This document shows, one piece after another, positions 52,273 to 60,811 of a stretch of DNA of 62,314 nt. The notes under the pieces are model-generated. The model was not told the origin of the DNA. It saw nothing but the letters and a program-made list of their open reading frames with translations, and did not search any database. The position numbers were made by a program, and so were the translations under genes. Location: the NCBI GenBank assembly GCA_902775595.1, contig CACYNF010000003.1, positions 1 to 62,314 of the forward strand. Direction: 5' to 3'. This stretch comes from an uncultured bacterium. GTDB taxonomy: Bacteria > Verrucomicrobiota > Kiritimatiellia > RFP12 > UBA1067. Position 1 is the stretch's first letter. The number at the start of each line of letters is the position of its first letter.

Positions 52273-54735
52273 TCAGAACTTCACGGGGCTTATGTGCCAG
52301 ATGTCGCGCGCGTACTCCATCACCGAGCGGTCGGACGAGAAGAAGCCCGAGCGCGCGACGTTGACGAGCGACATGCGGTTCCACTTCTTCGCGTCGCGGT
52401 ACGCGGCGTCGACGCGGTCCTGCGCCTCGCTGTAGCTCCTGAGGTCCGCGAGAAGCATGTAGTAGTCGTTGTAGTCGAGGAGCGAGCGGAGGATCGGCTC
52501 GAAGAGGCCGGGCTCGAGGAGCGAGAAGACGTTCGCCTTGATCATGTCGAGCGCCGCCTTTATCTCGGGATCCTTCGCGTACCAGTCCTTCGAGACGTAC
52601 GTCGGGCGGAGCTTCGCGACGTCCTCTGTCCTGAGGCCGAAGAGGAACATGTTCTCGTCGCCAACCTCGCGGTGGATCTCGACGTTCGCGCCGTCGTAGG
52701 TCCCGAGCGTCAGGGCGCCGTTCATCATGAACTTCATGTTGCCCGTTCCCGACGCCTCCATGCCCGCGAGGGAGATCTGCTCGGAGACCTCGGAGGCCGG
52801 CATGATCTTCTCGGCGAGCGAGACGCGGTAGTCGGGAAGGAACGCGACCGAGAGCTTGCCGCGCGTCTTCGGGTTGGAGTTGACGACGCCGGCGATGCCG
52901 TGGATGAAGCGGATGATGAGCTTCGCCATGTAGTACCCGGGGGCCGCCTTCGCCGCGAAGATGAACTGGCGCGGCACGGGATCGTACTTCGGGTTGTTGA
53001 TGAGCCGGTTGTAGAACATCACGATGTAGATCGCGAGCATGAGCTGGCGCTTGTACTCGTGGAGGCGCTTCACCTGGACGTCGAAGATGGCGTCTGGGTT
53101 CAGCTCGATGCCGAGGTTCTTCTTCGTCCAGTTGGCGAGCTGGCCCTTGTTGCTGCGCTTGATCTTCGCCATCGCCGCGAGGAAGTTCGAGTCGCCAGAA
53201 AACTTCTCGAGCTTCTTGAGGTCGTCGAGGTGGGTGATCCAGCTGTCGCCTATCGACTCGGAGATGAGCTGCGAAAGCGAGGGGTTCGCCTTGAGGAGCC
53301 AGCGGCGCGGCGTGATGCCGTTCGTGACGTTGTGGAACTTCTCGGGCCAGAGCTCGTAGAAGTCCTTGAAGAGCGTCTTCTTGAGGATCTCGGTGTGGAG
53401 CTCGGCGACGCCGTTGACCGAGGACGTGCCGACGACGCAGAGGTTCGCCATCCTGACGTAGCGCTCGCCGTTCTCGTCGATGAGTGACATCCTCTGGAGC
53501 TTCTTGATGTCGCCGGGATAGAGCGAACTGATCTCCTGGAGGAAGCGTCCGTTGATCTCGTAGATGATCTGGAGGTGGCGGGGGAGAAGGCGCTCCATCA
53601 TCGGAACGGGCCACTTCTCGAGGGCCTCCTGGAGAATCGTGTGGTTCGTGTAGCCGGTCGAGCGGCGCGTCAGGTCCCACGCCTTGTCCCAGTCGAGGCC
53701 CTCGTGGTCGATGAGGATGCGCATGAGCTCCGGGATGACGAGCGTCGGGTGCGTGTCGTTGAGCTGGATGAACACCTTGTCGGGCAGCGCGTCCCAGCTG
53801 TCGTTCGTCTGGCGGAAGCGCCTCAGGATGTCGCGCAGCGAGCACGCGACGAAGAAGTACTGCTGGCGGAGGCGGAGCTCCTTGCCCTGCGACGTGTTGT
53901 CGTTCGGGTAGAGCACCTTGGTGAGGTTCTCGGCGAGCACCTTCTGCTCGACCGCCTCGACATAGGAACCCTTGTCGAAGTCCGCGAGGTCGAAGTCGTC
54001 GACCGCCTTCGCGCTCCAGAGGCGCAGCGAGTTGACGGCCTTGTCGTAGCCGACGATGGGAAGGTCGTAGGGAATGCCCTGCACCGTCTCGGCCGGCACC
54101 CAGTACCACTGCTGGCGGCCGCCCTCGGTGCGGCACTCGACATGGCCGCCGAAGTGGACGTGCTGCGAGTACTCGGGACGCGCCATCTCCCACGGATAGC
54201 CGTTCTTGAGCCAGTGGTCCGGTTCCTCGACCTGGCAGCCGTTCACGATCTTCTGGCGGAAAATGCCGTAGTCGTACCTGAGGCCGTAGCCCATGCCGGC
54301 GAGGTTAAGGGTCGACATCGAGTCGATGTAGCACGCGGCGAGACGCCCGAGGCCGCCGTTGCCGAGGCCCGCGTCGGACTCGTAGTCCCTTAGGCTGTTC
54401 CAGTCGATGCCGTACTCCTTGAGGGCTTCGCGGCAGAGCTGGTCGGCCTTGAGGTTGATGACGTTGTTGCCGAGAAGACGCCCGATGAGGAACTCGAGCG
54501 ACATGTAGTAGACGCGCTTCGTGTTCTGCCGCGCGTACTCCTCCTGGGTCGAGATCCAGCGCTCGACGAGCCGGTCGCGGACCGCCATCGCGAACGCTGT
54601 GTATTCGTCGCGCTCGGTCGCGCGCGAATCACCCTTCGCGAGCGAATACCTGAGGTGCCACGCGAAATCCTCCTTGAGCCCTTCCACCGACATCTCCACG
54701 CGGCGGTCCTTCTTTCTCTGTACCTTCTTTTCCAT
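52273..54735 (-). CDS. glgP: Glycogen/alpha-glucan phosphorylase
   Basis: 820 aa. EASGTGNMKFMMNGALTLGTYDGANVE (PLP-lysine block), LGNGGLGRLAAC, RVYYMSLEFL. Confidence 0.97.
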   Translation of the reverse strand: MEKKVQRKKDRRVEMSVEGLKEDFAWHLRYSLAKGDSRATERDEYTAFAMAVRDRLVERWISTQEEYARQNTKRVYYMSLEFLIGRLLGNNVINLKADQLCREALKEYGIDWNSLRDYESDAGLGNGGLGRLAACYIDSMSTLNLAGMGYGLRYDYGIFRQKIVNGCQVEEPDHWLKNGYPWEMARPEYSQHVHFGGHVECRTEGGRQQWYWVPAETVQGIPYDLPIVGYDKAVNSLRLWSAKAVDDFDLADFDKGSYVEAVEQKVLAENLTKVLYPNDNTSQGKELRLRQQYFFVACSLRDILRRFRQTNDSWDALPDKVFIQLNDTHPTLVIPELMRILIDHEGLDWDKAWDLTRRSTGYTNHTILQEALEKWPVPMMERLLPRHLQIIYEINGRFLQEISSLYPGDIKKLQRMSLIDENGERYVRMANLCVVGTSSVNGVAELHTEILKKTLFKDFYELWPEKFHNVTNGITPRRWLLKANPSLSQLISESIGDSWITHLDDLKKLEKFSGDSNFLAAMAKIKRSNKGQLANWTKKNLGIELNPDAIFDVQVKRLHEYKRQLMLAIYIVMFYNRLINNPKYDPVPRQFIFAAKAAPGYYMAKLIIRFIHGIAGVVNSNPKTRGKLSVAFLPDYRVSLAEKIMPASEVSEQISLAGMEASGTGNMKFMMNGALTLGTYDGANVEIHREVGDENMFLFGLRTEDVAKLRPTYVSKDWYAKDPEIKAALDMIKANVFSLLEPGLFEPILRSLLDYNDYYMLLADLRSYSEAQDRVDAAYRDAKKWNRMSLVNVARSGFFSSDRSVMEYARDIWHISPVKF

Positions 54736-54777
54736 TTCCTGCCTTTTTTGTCTGCGAATTGTTTTGCCTTAGTAAAA

Positions 54778-55770
54778 TTATTTCCCGAACAGGCCCTTCA
54801 GCCCGTCGCCCGCGCTCTTGAGGGCATCTGTCGCAGCGCCGCCAGCGCCCTTCAGGGCGTCAGCGGCAGCACCACCGGCATCCTTCAAGGTATCCGTCGC
54901 GGCGCCACTGGCGTCCTTCAAGGCACCTGTCGCAGCACTACCGGCATCCTTCAGGGCATCCGTCGCGGCGCCACCGGCGTCCTTCAAGGCACCTGCCGCG
55001 GCACCACCGGCGTCTTTCAGGGCATCGGCAGCTCCCTTGCCCAAGTCGCCGAGCGCGCCGCCGACCGAGGTGACCGCCGACATCACCTTGTCCTTGACGG
55101 CGATCCAGACGTCCATGAACGCCGCGCCGTACTCAGAGTCTGCGCCGATGCCGGTGAGCTCGAGATCCATCGGAATCGTAACGGGAAGCCCATACTTGAC
55201 CGTCACGCCCTTGAGAGTTATGCGGTCGATCTGCACGCCCTTGGACTCCTTACTGTCCTGCGCGTCCTCGGCCTTCGCCCCGTCTGGTCCTGTCTGCTGC
55301 GACTTGATATCCTGCGCATCAGGCGCATTGACATCGGCAGTCCCCTTCGCGGCTTCATCGCCGTCCTTGCCCCCCGACGCGTTTTCCGCAATCTGCAGGA
55401 AGTTCGCGGCCTTCGGAACGTCAACGTGAACGAACACGCCGTTGACCTCGACGAACTCCACGCGGTACTTCTTGCCGGAGAAGAGTGAAGTCATCGCGAA
55501 GTCCACGTCGAGCGCCTTGAGGTCCACCGCGTTCTTCTCGGAGAAGTTCGTCGGGTTTGCGAGCTGCATGTCGCCCACATGGAGGGTGCCGGTGTAGGGA
55601 TTGAGGCCGAACTCGCCGAGATGGAAGTCGGTCCCCGTGATGCCTGGGACGACGGAATTCGCGACGCCCTTCACGACAGGCCCGATCCATAGCGGCAGCG
55701 CAAGGAGCAGCACCACTACGACGGCGAGCGTCCAGAGCAGGATTTTCCCGATGACCTTGATTGCTTTCAT
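54778..55770 (-). CDS. Membrane-anchored AsmA/DUF748-like protein with a C-terminal 11-residue-repeat tail
   Basis: N-terminal TM ILLWTLAVVVVLLLALPLWI. The tail consists of about 7 repeats of the ALKDAGGAAxD type. Confidence 0.65.
   Translation of the reverse strand: MKAIKVIGKILLWTLAVVVVLLLALPLWIGPVVKGVANSVVPGITGTDFHLGEFGLNPYTGTLHVGDMQLANPTNFSEKNAVDLKALDVDFAMTSLFSGKKYRVEFVEVNGVFVHVDVPKAANFLQIAENASGGKDGDEAAKGTADVNAPDAQDIKSQQTGPDGAKAEDAQDSKESKGVQIDRITLKGVTVKYGLPVTIPMDLELTGIGADSEYGAAFMDVWIAVKDKVMSAVTSVGGALGDLGKGAADALKDAGGAAAGALKDAGGAATDALKDAGSAATGALKDASGAATDTLKDAGGAAADALKGAGGAATDALKSAGDGLKGLFGK
54817..55035. repeat. 33-bp tandem repeats (about 6.6 units) encoding the 11-residue repeats
   Basis: cttca(g/a)gg recurs at 54850, 54883, 54916, 54949 and 54982 (period 33). 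Confidence 0.85.
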
Positions 55771-56354
55771 TTTGATTCCTCCACTTTCAGTTCCTCGACT
55801 GTTATTTTTGTGCGGTGGCCAGACCCAATGGTTTCCACTTCCATCACGTTGGCCATCCAGCGTTCCCCAAATTTCTTGAGTCTGGTCCCCCAGAGCCGGC
55901 GCACAGCCTTGCCGTCCTTAATCTCCTCGGCCTGCATGAGAGCGCCCGTCTTGCGGTCCACCCAGACACGCACCTGCCTCTCGCCCTTCTTCATCACGAT
56001 TACGGTGCAGACCTGCCCGTGGACAGTCTCGCCCTCGCGCTCGGCGTCGTAGGAGACGTCGTCCCACCAGAGATAGTCAAGCGTGAGGTCGCTCCACGTG
56101 ACGTCGGTGCCGAGTATCCGCCCAGACTTCTCGAATTCGACGTCCTTGCCGTCTTTCGTCAGCTTGAGACCTGTCTCGCCCGCTTTCCTCGAGAGGTCGT
56201 AGCCGTACTCGGCCTGGACGATTCCCCTGCGGCTCCTGAGGACGATGCGGCCCTTCAGCTCGGCGTCTGCAGGAATCATCGAGCGGCAGTTCGCCACGAC
56301 CTCAGCCGCAGGCGCGTTAGTCGAAATCAGGAATGCCGCCGCGAGCGCGATCAT
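55767..56354 (-). CDS. Outer-membrane lipoprotein-sorting (LolA-fold) protein
   Basis: 195 aa with signal MIALAAAFLISTNAPA. GRIVLRSRRG...VRVWVDRKTGALMQAEE...MEVETIGSGHRTKI is typical of LolA-like/DUF4367 proteins. ATGA overlaps on both sides. Confidence 0.6.
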   Translation of the reverse strand: MIALAAAFLISTNAPAAEVVANCRSMIPADAELKGRIVLRSRRGIVQAEYGYDLSRKAGETGLKLTKDGKDVEFEKSGRILGTDVTWSDLTLDYLWWDDVSYDAEREGETVHGQVCTVIVMKKGERQVRVWVDRKTGALMQAEEIKDGKAVRRLWGTRLKKFGERWMANVMEVETIGSGHRTKITVEELKVEESK

Positions 56355-57196
56355 TTCAGCATCTCCTCGAGTCTTGCATCGACCGGGCCGCCGAACGACC
56401 TGCCCGCCTCGTAGTAGCGCTTTGCGCCGGAGACGTTGCCCTTGTGTCCGGCAAGGAGCCGCGCCATGTTGTAGTAGGCGTGGTACCCGCGGGGATTCGA
56501 CATTATCGCCTGGTCGAGCGTCTTCTCTGCGGCCTTCGCGTCGCCCTGCGCCATCTCGGCGGCGGCCTTGAGGTTCAGCGCCGCAGCGTCGTTTGGCCTC
56601 TCCTCGAGAATCTCCTTGACCGTGAGTTCAACCGCCGCGAAGTCGCGCTTCCTGAGGTCTTCGAGGGCGATTGCCATCTTGGATTTCGGCTTCTGCCTTT
56701 CCGCCGCGGGCGCATCTTCCTTCGTTTCCGCAGTTCCGGCCTCCGCGGTCGCCGCATCGGCCTCGGGAACCGCGTCCTCCTTCGGCGCCCTGCCGTGCTT
56801 CGCGTCGTATTTCTTCTGGAGTTCCGTGGTGTCTGATACCGCTATCGCCTTCGCGTTGTTCTGCCCTTCGGAGAGGAGAAGCGAATCAATCGCAGCCGTT
56901 ACGGTCGCACGCTTGTTCTTGAGCGTGTTGAACTCTGGCTCGTTGACTCGGTCGGGGTTCTCCGCCTCGATGCGGTCGAGCTCGGCGAGCGCCGCGCGGT
57001 ATTTCTCGACGGCTTCGGACGTCTTGCCGTCGTCGGCGAGGTCATATGCCTCGTCGATCATGACGGACGCGGGCTCCATAAGCTCGGAAACGCGCGGCGG
57101 CTTCTTTTCGTCATCGGACGAAAAAGGCCAGTACCAAGACGCCACGGCGGGGGCGCACAGCGCAAAAAAGAGCGCGAATATCGACAAATGCTTCAT
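56351..57196 (-). CDS. Secreted tetratricopeptide-repeat protein
   Basis: Signal MKHLSIFALFFALCAPAVA; TPR-like helices (AVEKYRAALAELD, AAEMAQGDAKAAEKTLDQAI, YYNMARLLAGHKGNVSGAKRYYE). Confidence 0.7.
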   Translation of the reverse strand: MKHLSIFALFFALCAPAVASWYWPFSSDDEKKPPRVSELMEPASVMIDEAYDLADDGKTSEAVEKYRAALAELDRIEAENPDRVNEPEFNTLKNKRATVTAAIDSLLLSEGQNNAKAIAVSDTTELQKKYDAKHGRAPKEDAVPEADAATAEAGTAETKEDAPAAERQKPKSKMAIALEDLRKRDFAAVELTVKEILEERPNDAAALNLKAAAEMAQGDAKAAEKTLDQAIMSNPRGYHAYYNMARLLAGHKGNVSGAKRYYEAGRSFGGPVDARLEEMLK

Positions 57197-57205
57197 GTCT
57201 TGGAT

Positions 57206-57214
57206 ATTATACCA
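57206..57214 (-). promoter_or_regulatory. Extended -10 promoter of the TPR/LolA-like/AsmA-like (possibly through glgP) unit; near-leaderless
   Basis: Sense strand TGGTATAAT-atccaagac-ATG: 9 nt to ATG 57196. Confidence 0.5.
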
Positions 57215-57241
57215 AAAATCGGCCGCCCGGTGGGGGAGCGA

Positions 57242-58156
57242 TCACCCTTCTGCCAGCGCACCTGTCAGAGCCGAGACGGACGCGAAGCCGTGGCGCTCGC
57301 AGTAGGCGACCACGCCATCGTAGACTTCCGAGACCGTTCCGGGGTTGGAGAACGTCGCCGTGCCGACCGCGACGGCCGTCGCGCCTGCGAGGAGGAACTC
57401 GATAGCGTCCTTCGCCTCGTAGACCCCGCCCATCGCGAGAATCGGCAGCTTTGTCGCCTTGTGCGCATCGTAGACGAGCTTCACGGCCGCGGGGTGGATT
57501 CCGCGTCCCGAAAGCCCGCCAGTCACGTTTGCGAGCACCGGCACGCGCTTTTCGATGTCGATTACCATCGCCGGGATCGTGTTGATCATCGAAAGCGCGT
57601 CGGCTCCGGCGTCCTCGCACGCCTTGACATACGGGACTATCGACGGCACGTTCGGCGCGAGCTTGACGATAAGCGGGAGCTTCGTCGCCTTTCTGACGGC
57701 GGAAACAACCTCGGAGAGAACCTTCGGGTCCTGCCCGAAGGTGTGCCCGCCGGCCTTGACGTTAGGGCAGCTGACGTTCATCTCGACGGCGTCGACCGCA
57801 TCGCCCATCTGCGCGGCGACCTCGGCATAGCCCTCGACGGACGAGCCCCAGATGTTGGCGATTAGCGGAACGCCCTTCACCTGCTGGCGGTACCACGGCA
57901 CGGTGTACTTGAGAAAATGCTCCACGCCCGTGCCCTGGAGTCCAATCGCGTTTACGAGCCCGCCGGGCACTTCGGCGTGGCGCGGCATCGCGTTGCCGGG
58001 CCACTGCTCGACGCGAATCCCCTTCGCCGTCACCGCGCCGAGCTTCGAGTAGTCGACTGCGCCGACATACTCAAACCCATAGCCGAACGTCCCGCTCGCC
58101 GTCGCGAGGAACGTCGGCATTTCAAGCCCACCAAGATTCACGTTGACGTTCACCAT
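57242..58156 (-). CDS. pyrD: Dihydroorotate dehydrogenase 1B, catalytic subunit
   Basis: ORF trimmed to ATG 58156 (MVNVNVNLGGLEMPTFLATASGTFGYG). NAIGLQGTG, NVSCPNVK, GGLSGRGIHP. Confidence 0.93.
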   Translation of the reverse strand: MVNVNVNLGGLEMPTFLATASGTFGYGFEYVGAVDYSKLGAVTAKGIRVEQWPGNAMPRHAEVPGGLVNAIGLQGTGVEHFLKYTVPWYRQQVKGVPLIANIWGSSVEGYAEVAAQMGDAVDAVEMNVSCPNVKAGGHTFGQDPKVLSEVVSAVRKATKLPLIVKLAPNVPSIVPYVKACEDAGADALSMINTIPAMVIDIEKRVPVLANVTGGLSGRGIHPAAVKLVYDAHKATKLPILAMGGVYEAKDAIEFLLAGATAVAVGTATFSNPGTVSEVYDGVVAYCERHGFASVSALTGALAEG

Positions 58157-58923
58157 ACAAGATCCTCCGCTGCGAAAACAGGGCCCTCGATGCAGCAGCG
58201 GGAATTGCCGCGCACCGTCTTCTGGATGCAGGCGTAGCACGCACCGACGCCGCAGACCATGTGCCTGTCCATCGATATCCACCCCTTCGAGCCCGTTCCT
58301 GTCGCGCGCAGGGCAACGGCCTTGAGCATCGGGTCGGGGCCACAGGCGAACAGCTCAAACTTCTCGTTCGCGGCCTTAAGACGGATAAGCTCGTCGTCGA
58401 GCGGATCGGTGACAAGCCCCTTCGCGCCGAAACTGCCGTCGTTTGTCGCGGCGCGAACTTCGACGCCAAGCGCCTCGAAGCGGTCAAGCGCGAGAAGGTC
58501 GTCCTTAGTGCGCCCGCCGACGAACACGAGCGGCGAAAACCCCTGCGCCTTGAGAAGCCGAGCAAGGAAGTAAAGCGGCGCGACACCATACCCGCCGCCG
58601 ACAAGGAGAGCCGCGCCGCCGCACTTCAGCGGAAAGCCGTGCCCAAGCGGACCCATCACCGAGACGACATCGCCCGGCTTCACGCCATTGAGCGCAGCGG
58701 TGCCGCGCCCAACGGTCTTGTAGAGGAGCTCAAGCCGACCTTCCTCGGCGTTGAAAATCGAGAACGGGCGCCTCAACGCGCTCGCCTCCAGCCCCGGCAC
58801 GCGAACGTGCACGAACTGCCCGGGCGTCGCGTCCTCGGCGATCTTCGGCGCCTCGAACGAGATGAAGCGGTAGCCGCTTCCAAGCTCACGATGCTCGATT
58901 ACCTTGCATTTCTCGTCAATCAT
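58150..58923 (-). CDS. pyrK: Dihydroorotate dehydrogenase 1B, electron-transfer subunit
   Basis: ORF trimmed to ATG 58923 (MIDEKCKVIEHRELG). FAD/NAD-binding fold (RRPFSI, GGGYGVAPL). 2Fe-2S cysteines MVCGVGACYACI...CCIEGPVF. 7-nt overlap with pyrD. Confidence 0.9.
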   Translation of the reverse strand: MIDEKCKVIEHRELGSGYRFISFEAPKIAEDATPGQFVHVRVPGLEASALRRPFSIFNAEEGRLELLYKTVGRGTAALNGVKPGDVVSVMGPLGHGFPLKCGGAALLVGGGYGVAPLYFLARLLKAQGFSPLVFVGGRTKDDLLALDRFEALGVEVRAATNDGSFGAKGLVTDPLDDELIRLKAANEKFELFACGPDPMLKAVALRATGTGSKGWISMDRHMVCGVGACYACIQKTVRGNSRCCIEGPVFAAEDLVW

Positions 58924-58972
58924 AAGTTGTCTTGTTAGATTTTTTATCCTTGTTCGCCTGCTGGATAAGCCG

Positions 58973-59062
58973 TTTTTAACGCAGAGCCGCAGAGAACGCA
59001 GAGCGTGTAGCATATCATCTTTTCTCTGCGCACTTTGCGTCTTTGCGTCTCTGCGTTAAAAA
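58973..59062. repeat. About 90-bp imperfect palindrome built from tandem 8-mers (element X2)
   Basis: tttttaacgcagag-ccgcagag-aacgcagag ... ctctgcgc-actttgcgt-ctttgcgt-ctctgcgttaaaaa. T-run on the left and A-run on the right. It abuts the stop codon (59063) of the upstream gene. Confidence 0.8.
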
Positions 59063-59704
59063 TCATTTTGAGTATCCTATTCGCTGCATGACGCCCTTCA
59101 AGCTCGTCCACATTTCTCGCTTGAGCTTCATAAGCGCTGGTGTTACCGTTCCGAAGCGAAGGATGTGTTCAGGCGAATAGGTGACGAGAACATCCTCGCC
59201 TTCCCGGCCGCGAAGCCACTGCCCTGGGGAGGCGTGCATGCCGGGGTACCACTTCTTCATCGCCTTCAAACCGAGAACGACGTATATCTTCGCCGACGGA
59301 CGCTCGCCGGTGAAGACGATGGGGGCGGTATCTGGCGTCTCGTGCATCGCCGTCACGATCTTGGCCATCATCTCGATGCCGTCAGACGACAGAGGCCCAT
59401 CATGAAGGAACGCGAAAGAGAGTCGGGGAGCGGGGGATTGGGGCCGTGTAGAACGTGTAGAGGGAGATGGTGGAGGAGTGGGGGAGTGGGGGAGTGGATC
59501 AGTTGGGGAGTGAGGGAGTTGGGGAGTGGAGGATTGGAGCCGTGTAGAACGTGTAGAGCGTGTAGAAGGAGAGATCGGGGGAGTGGAGGAGCTGGGGGGC
59601 GAAGATAGCAACGCCCTATCAAGCTCGACGACCCTGACGCCAAGCTCTCGCTCAAGCTCGAGCTCGGCCTCAAGGCCGTCTATCAGATATTCAAGCGCTG
59701 TCAC
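59063..59704 (-). CDS. Degenerate uracil-DNA-glycosylase-superfamily-like protein with a Ser/Thr/Pro-rich repeat insertion
   Basis: GTG start at 59704. C-terminal 117 aa (IVFTGERP..IYVVLGLKAMK..VLVTYSPEHILRF) resemble the UDG family 4/5 core, but the GEAPG and HPS catalytic motifs are not intact. Residues about 35-95 are low complexity. Confidence 0.5.
   Translation of the reverse strand: MTALEYLIDGLEAELELERELGVRVVELDRALLSSPPSSSTPPISPSTRSTRSTRLQSSTPQLPHSPTDPLPHSPTPPPSPSTRSTRPQSPAPRLSFAFLHDGPLSSDGIEMMAKIVTAMHETPDTAPIVFTGERPSAKIYVVLGLKAMKKWYPGMHASPGQWLRGREGEDVLVTYSPEHILRFGTVTPALMKLKREMWTSLKGVMQRIGYSK
59435..59568. repeat. Direct repeats and short tandem repeats inside the UDG-like ORF
   Basis: ggattgg(g/a)gccgtgtagaacgtgtagag occurs at 59435 and 59531, with (g)gggagtg repeats between them. 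cgtgtaga occurs three times in tandem at 59541..59568. Confidence 0.85.
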
Positions 59705-59717
59705 GCCACCTGACTAC

Positions 59718-60758
59718 TTAGCCGTTTTTCTTCGGCTTGTTGTACCCGTAGGGGTTCTTCTTCTGCCAGCGCCACGCGTCGGCGCACATCTCGTCTATGC
59801 CGCGCTCCGCCTTCCAGCCGAGCTCCTTCGCCGCGAGCGACGGATCGGCCCAGCACTCCGCGATGTCGCCGGGGCGACGAGGGCAGATCTTGTATGGAAC
59901 AGGGCGCTTCGACGCCTTCTCGAACGCCTTGACGACCTGGAGAACCGAATATCCATTGCCGGTGCCGAGGTTGTATATCTTGAGCCCGAGTTTCGGGTTC
60001 GCCGCGATTTTCTCGATCGCCTTGAGATGTCCGATGGCGAGGTCCACGACGTGGATGTAGTCGCGGATTCCCGTTCCGTCGGGCGTCGGATAGTCGTTGC
60101 CGAAGACGTTGAGCTCCGGACGACGGCCAACTGCGACCTGCGCGACATACGGCAGGAGGTTGTTCGGGATTCCTGCGGGATCTTCGCCGATGAGCCCCGA
60201 CTTGTGCGCGCCGATCGGGTTGAAGTAGCGGAGAAGAATCACGTTCCACTCGGGATCTGCCTTCTGGACGTCCTTGAACACCTGCTCCATCATGAGCTTC
60301 GTCCAGCCGTAGGCGTTTGTGCAGCCGGGCGTCGGGAAGTCTTCGCGGATCGGCACCGACTTGGGATCGCCGTAGACCGTAGCGGAGCTGGAGAACACGA
60401 TGTTCTTGCAGCCGTGGTCGCCGAGGCACTTCAGGAGCGTGAAAGTGCCGCCGAGGTTGTTGTTGTAGTACTTGAGCGGGATCTTCGTCGACTCGCCGAC
60501 GGCCTTGAGCGCCGCGAAGTGGATCGTCGCCCCGAACGGGCACTCCTTGTCGAGCATCGCGTTCATCTTCTTCTCGTCGCGTATGTCGAGCTTGTAGAAC
60601 TTTACGTCCTTTCCGGTTATCTTCTTTACGCGCGAAAGCGACTTCTTCGAGCTGTTGCAGAGATTGTCCACCACGACAACCTCGTGGCCCGCGTTCAGCA
60701 GTTCCACAACCGTGTGGCTTCCGATGTATCCGGCTCCGCCGGTGACGAGAATCTTCAT
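59718..60758 (-). CDS. galE: UDP-glucose 4-epimerase
   Basis: 346 aa. ILVTGGAGYIGSHTVVEL, SSSATVYG, YGWTKLMME (YxxxK). Confidence 0.93.
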   Translation of the reverse strand: MKILVTGGAGYIGSHTVVELLNAGHEVVVVDNLCNSSKKSLSRVKKITGKDVKFYKLDIRDEKKMNAMLDKECPFGATIHFAALKAVGESTKIPLKYYNNNLGGTFTLLKCLGDHGCKNIVFSSSATVYGDPKSVPIREDFPTPGCTNAYGWTKLMMEQVFKDVQKADPEWNVILLRYFNPIGAHKSGLIGEDPAGIPNNLLPYVAQVAVGRRPELNVFGNDYPTPDGTGIRDYIHVVDLAIGHLKAIEKIAANPKLGLKIYNLGTGNGYSVLQVVKAFEKASKRPVPYKICPRRPGDIAECWADPSLAAKELGWKAERGIDEMCADAWRWQKKNPYGYNKPKKNG

Positions 60759-60784
60759 TTTACCTGATCCTTTCTTTTGACGAG

Positions 60785-60793
60785 ATTATACCA
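60785..60793 (-). promoter_or_regulatory. Extended -10 promoter of galE
   Basis: Sense strand TGGTATAAT, ending 26 nt before ATG 60758. Confidence 0.5.
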
Positions 60794-60811
60794 TATCGAG
60801 GCCGCCGCGGG

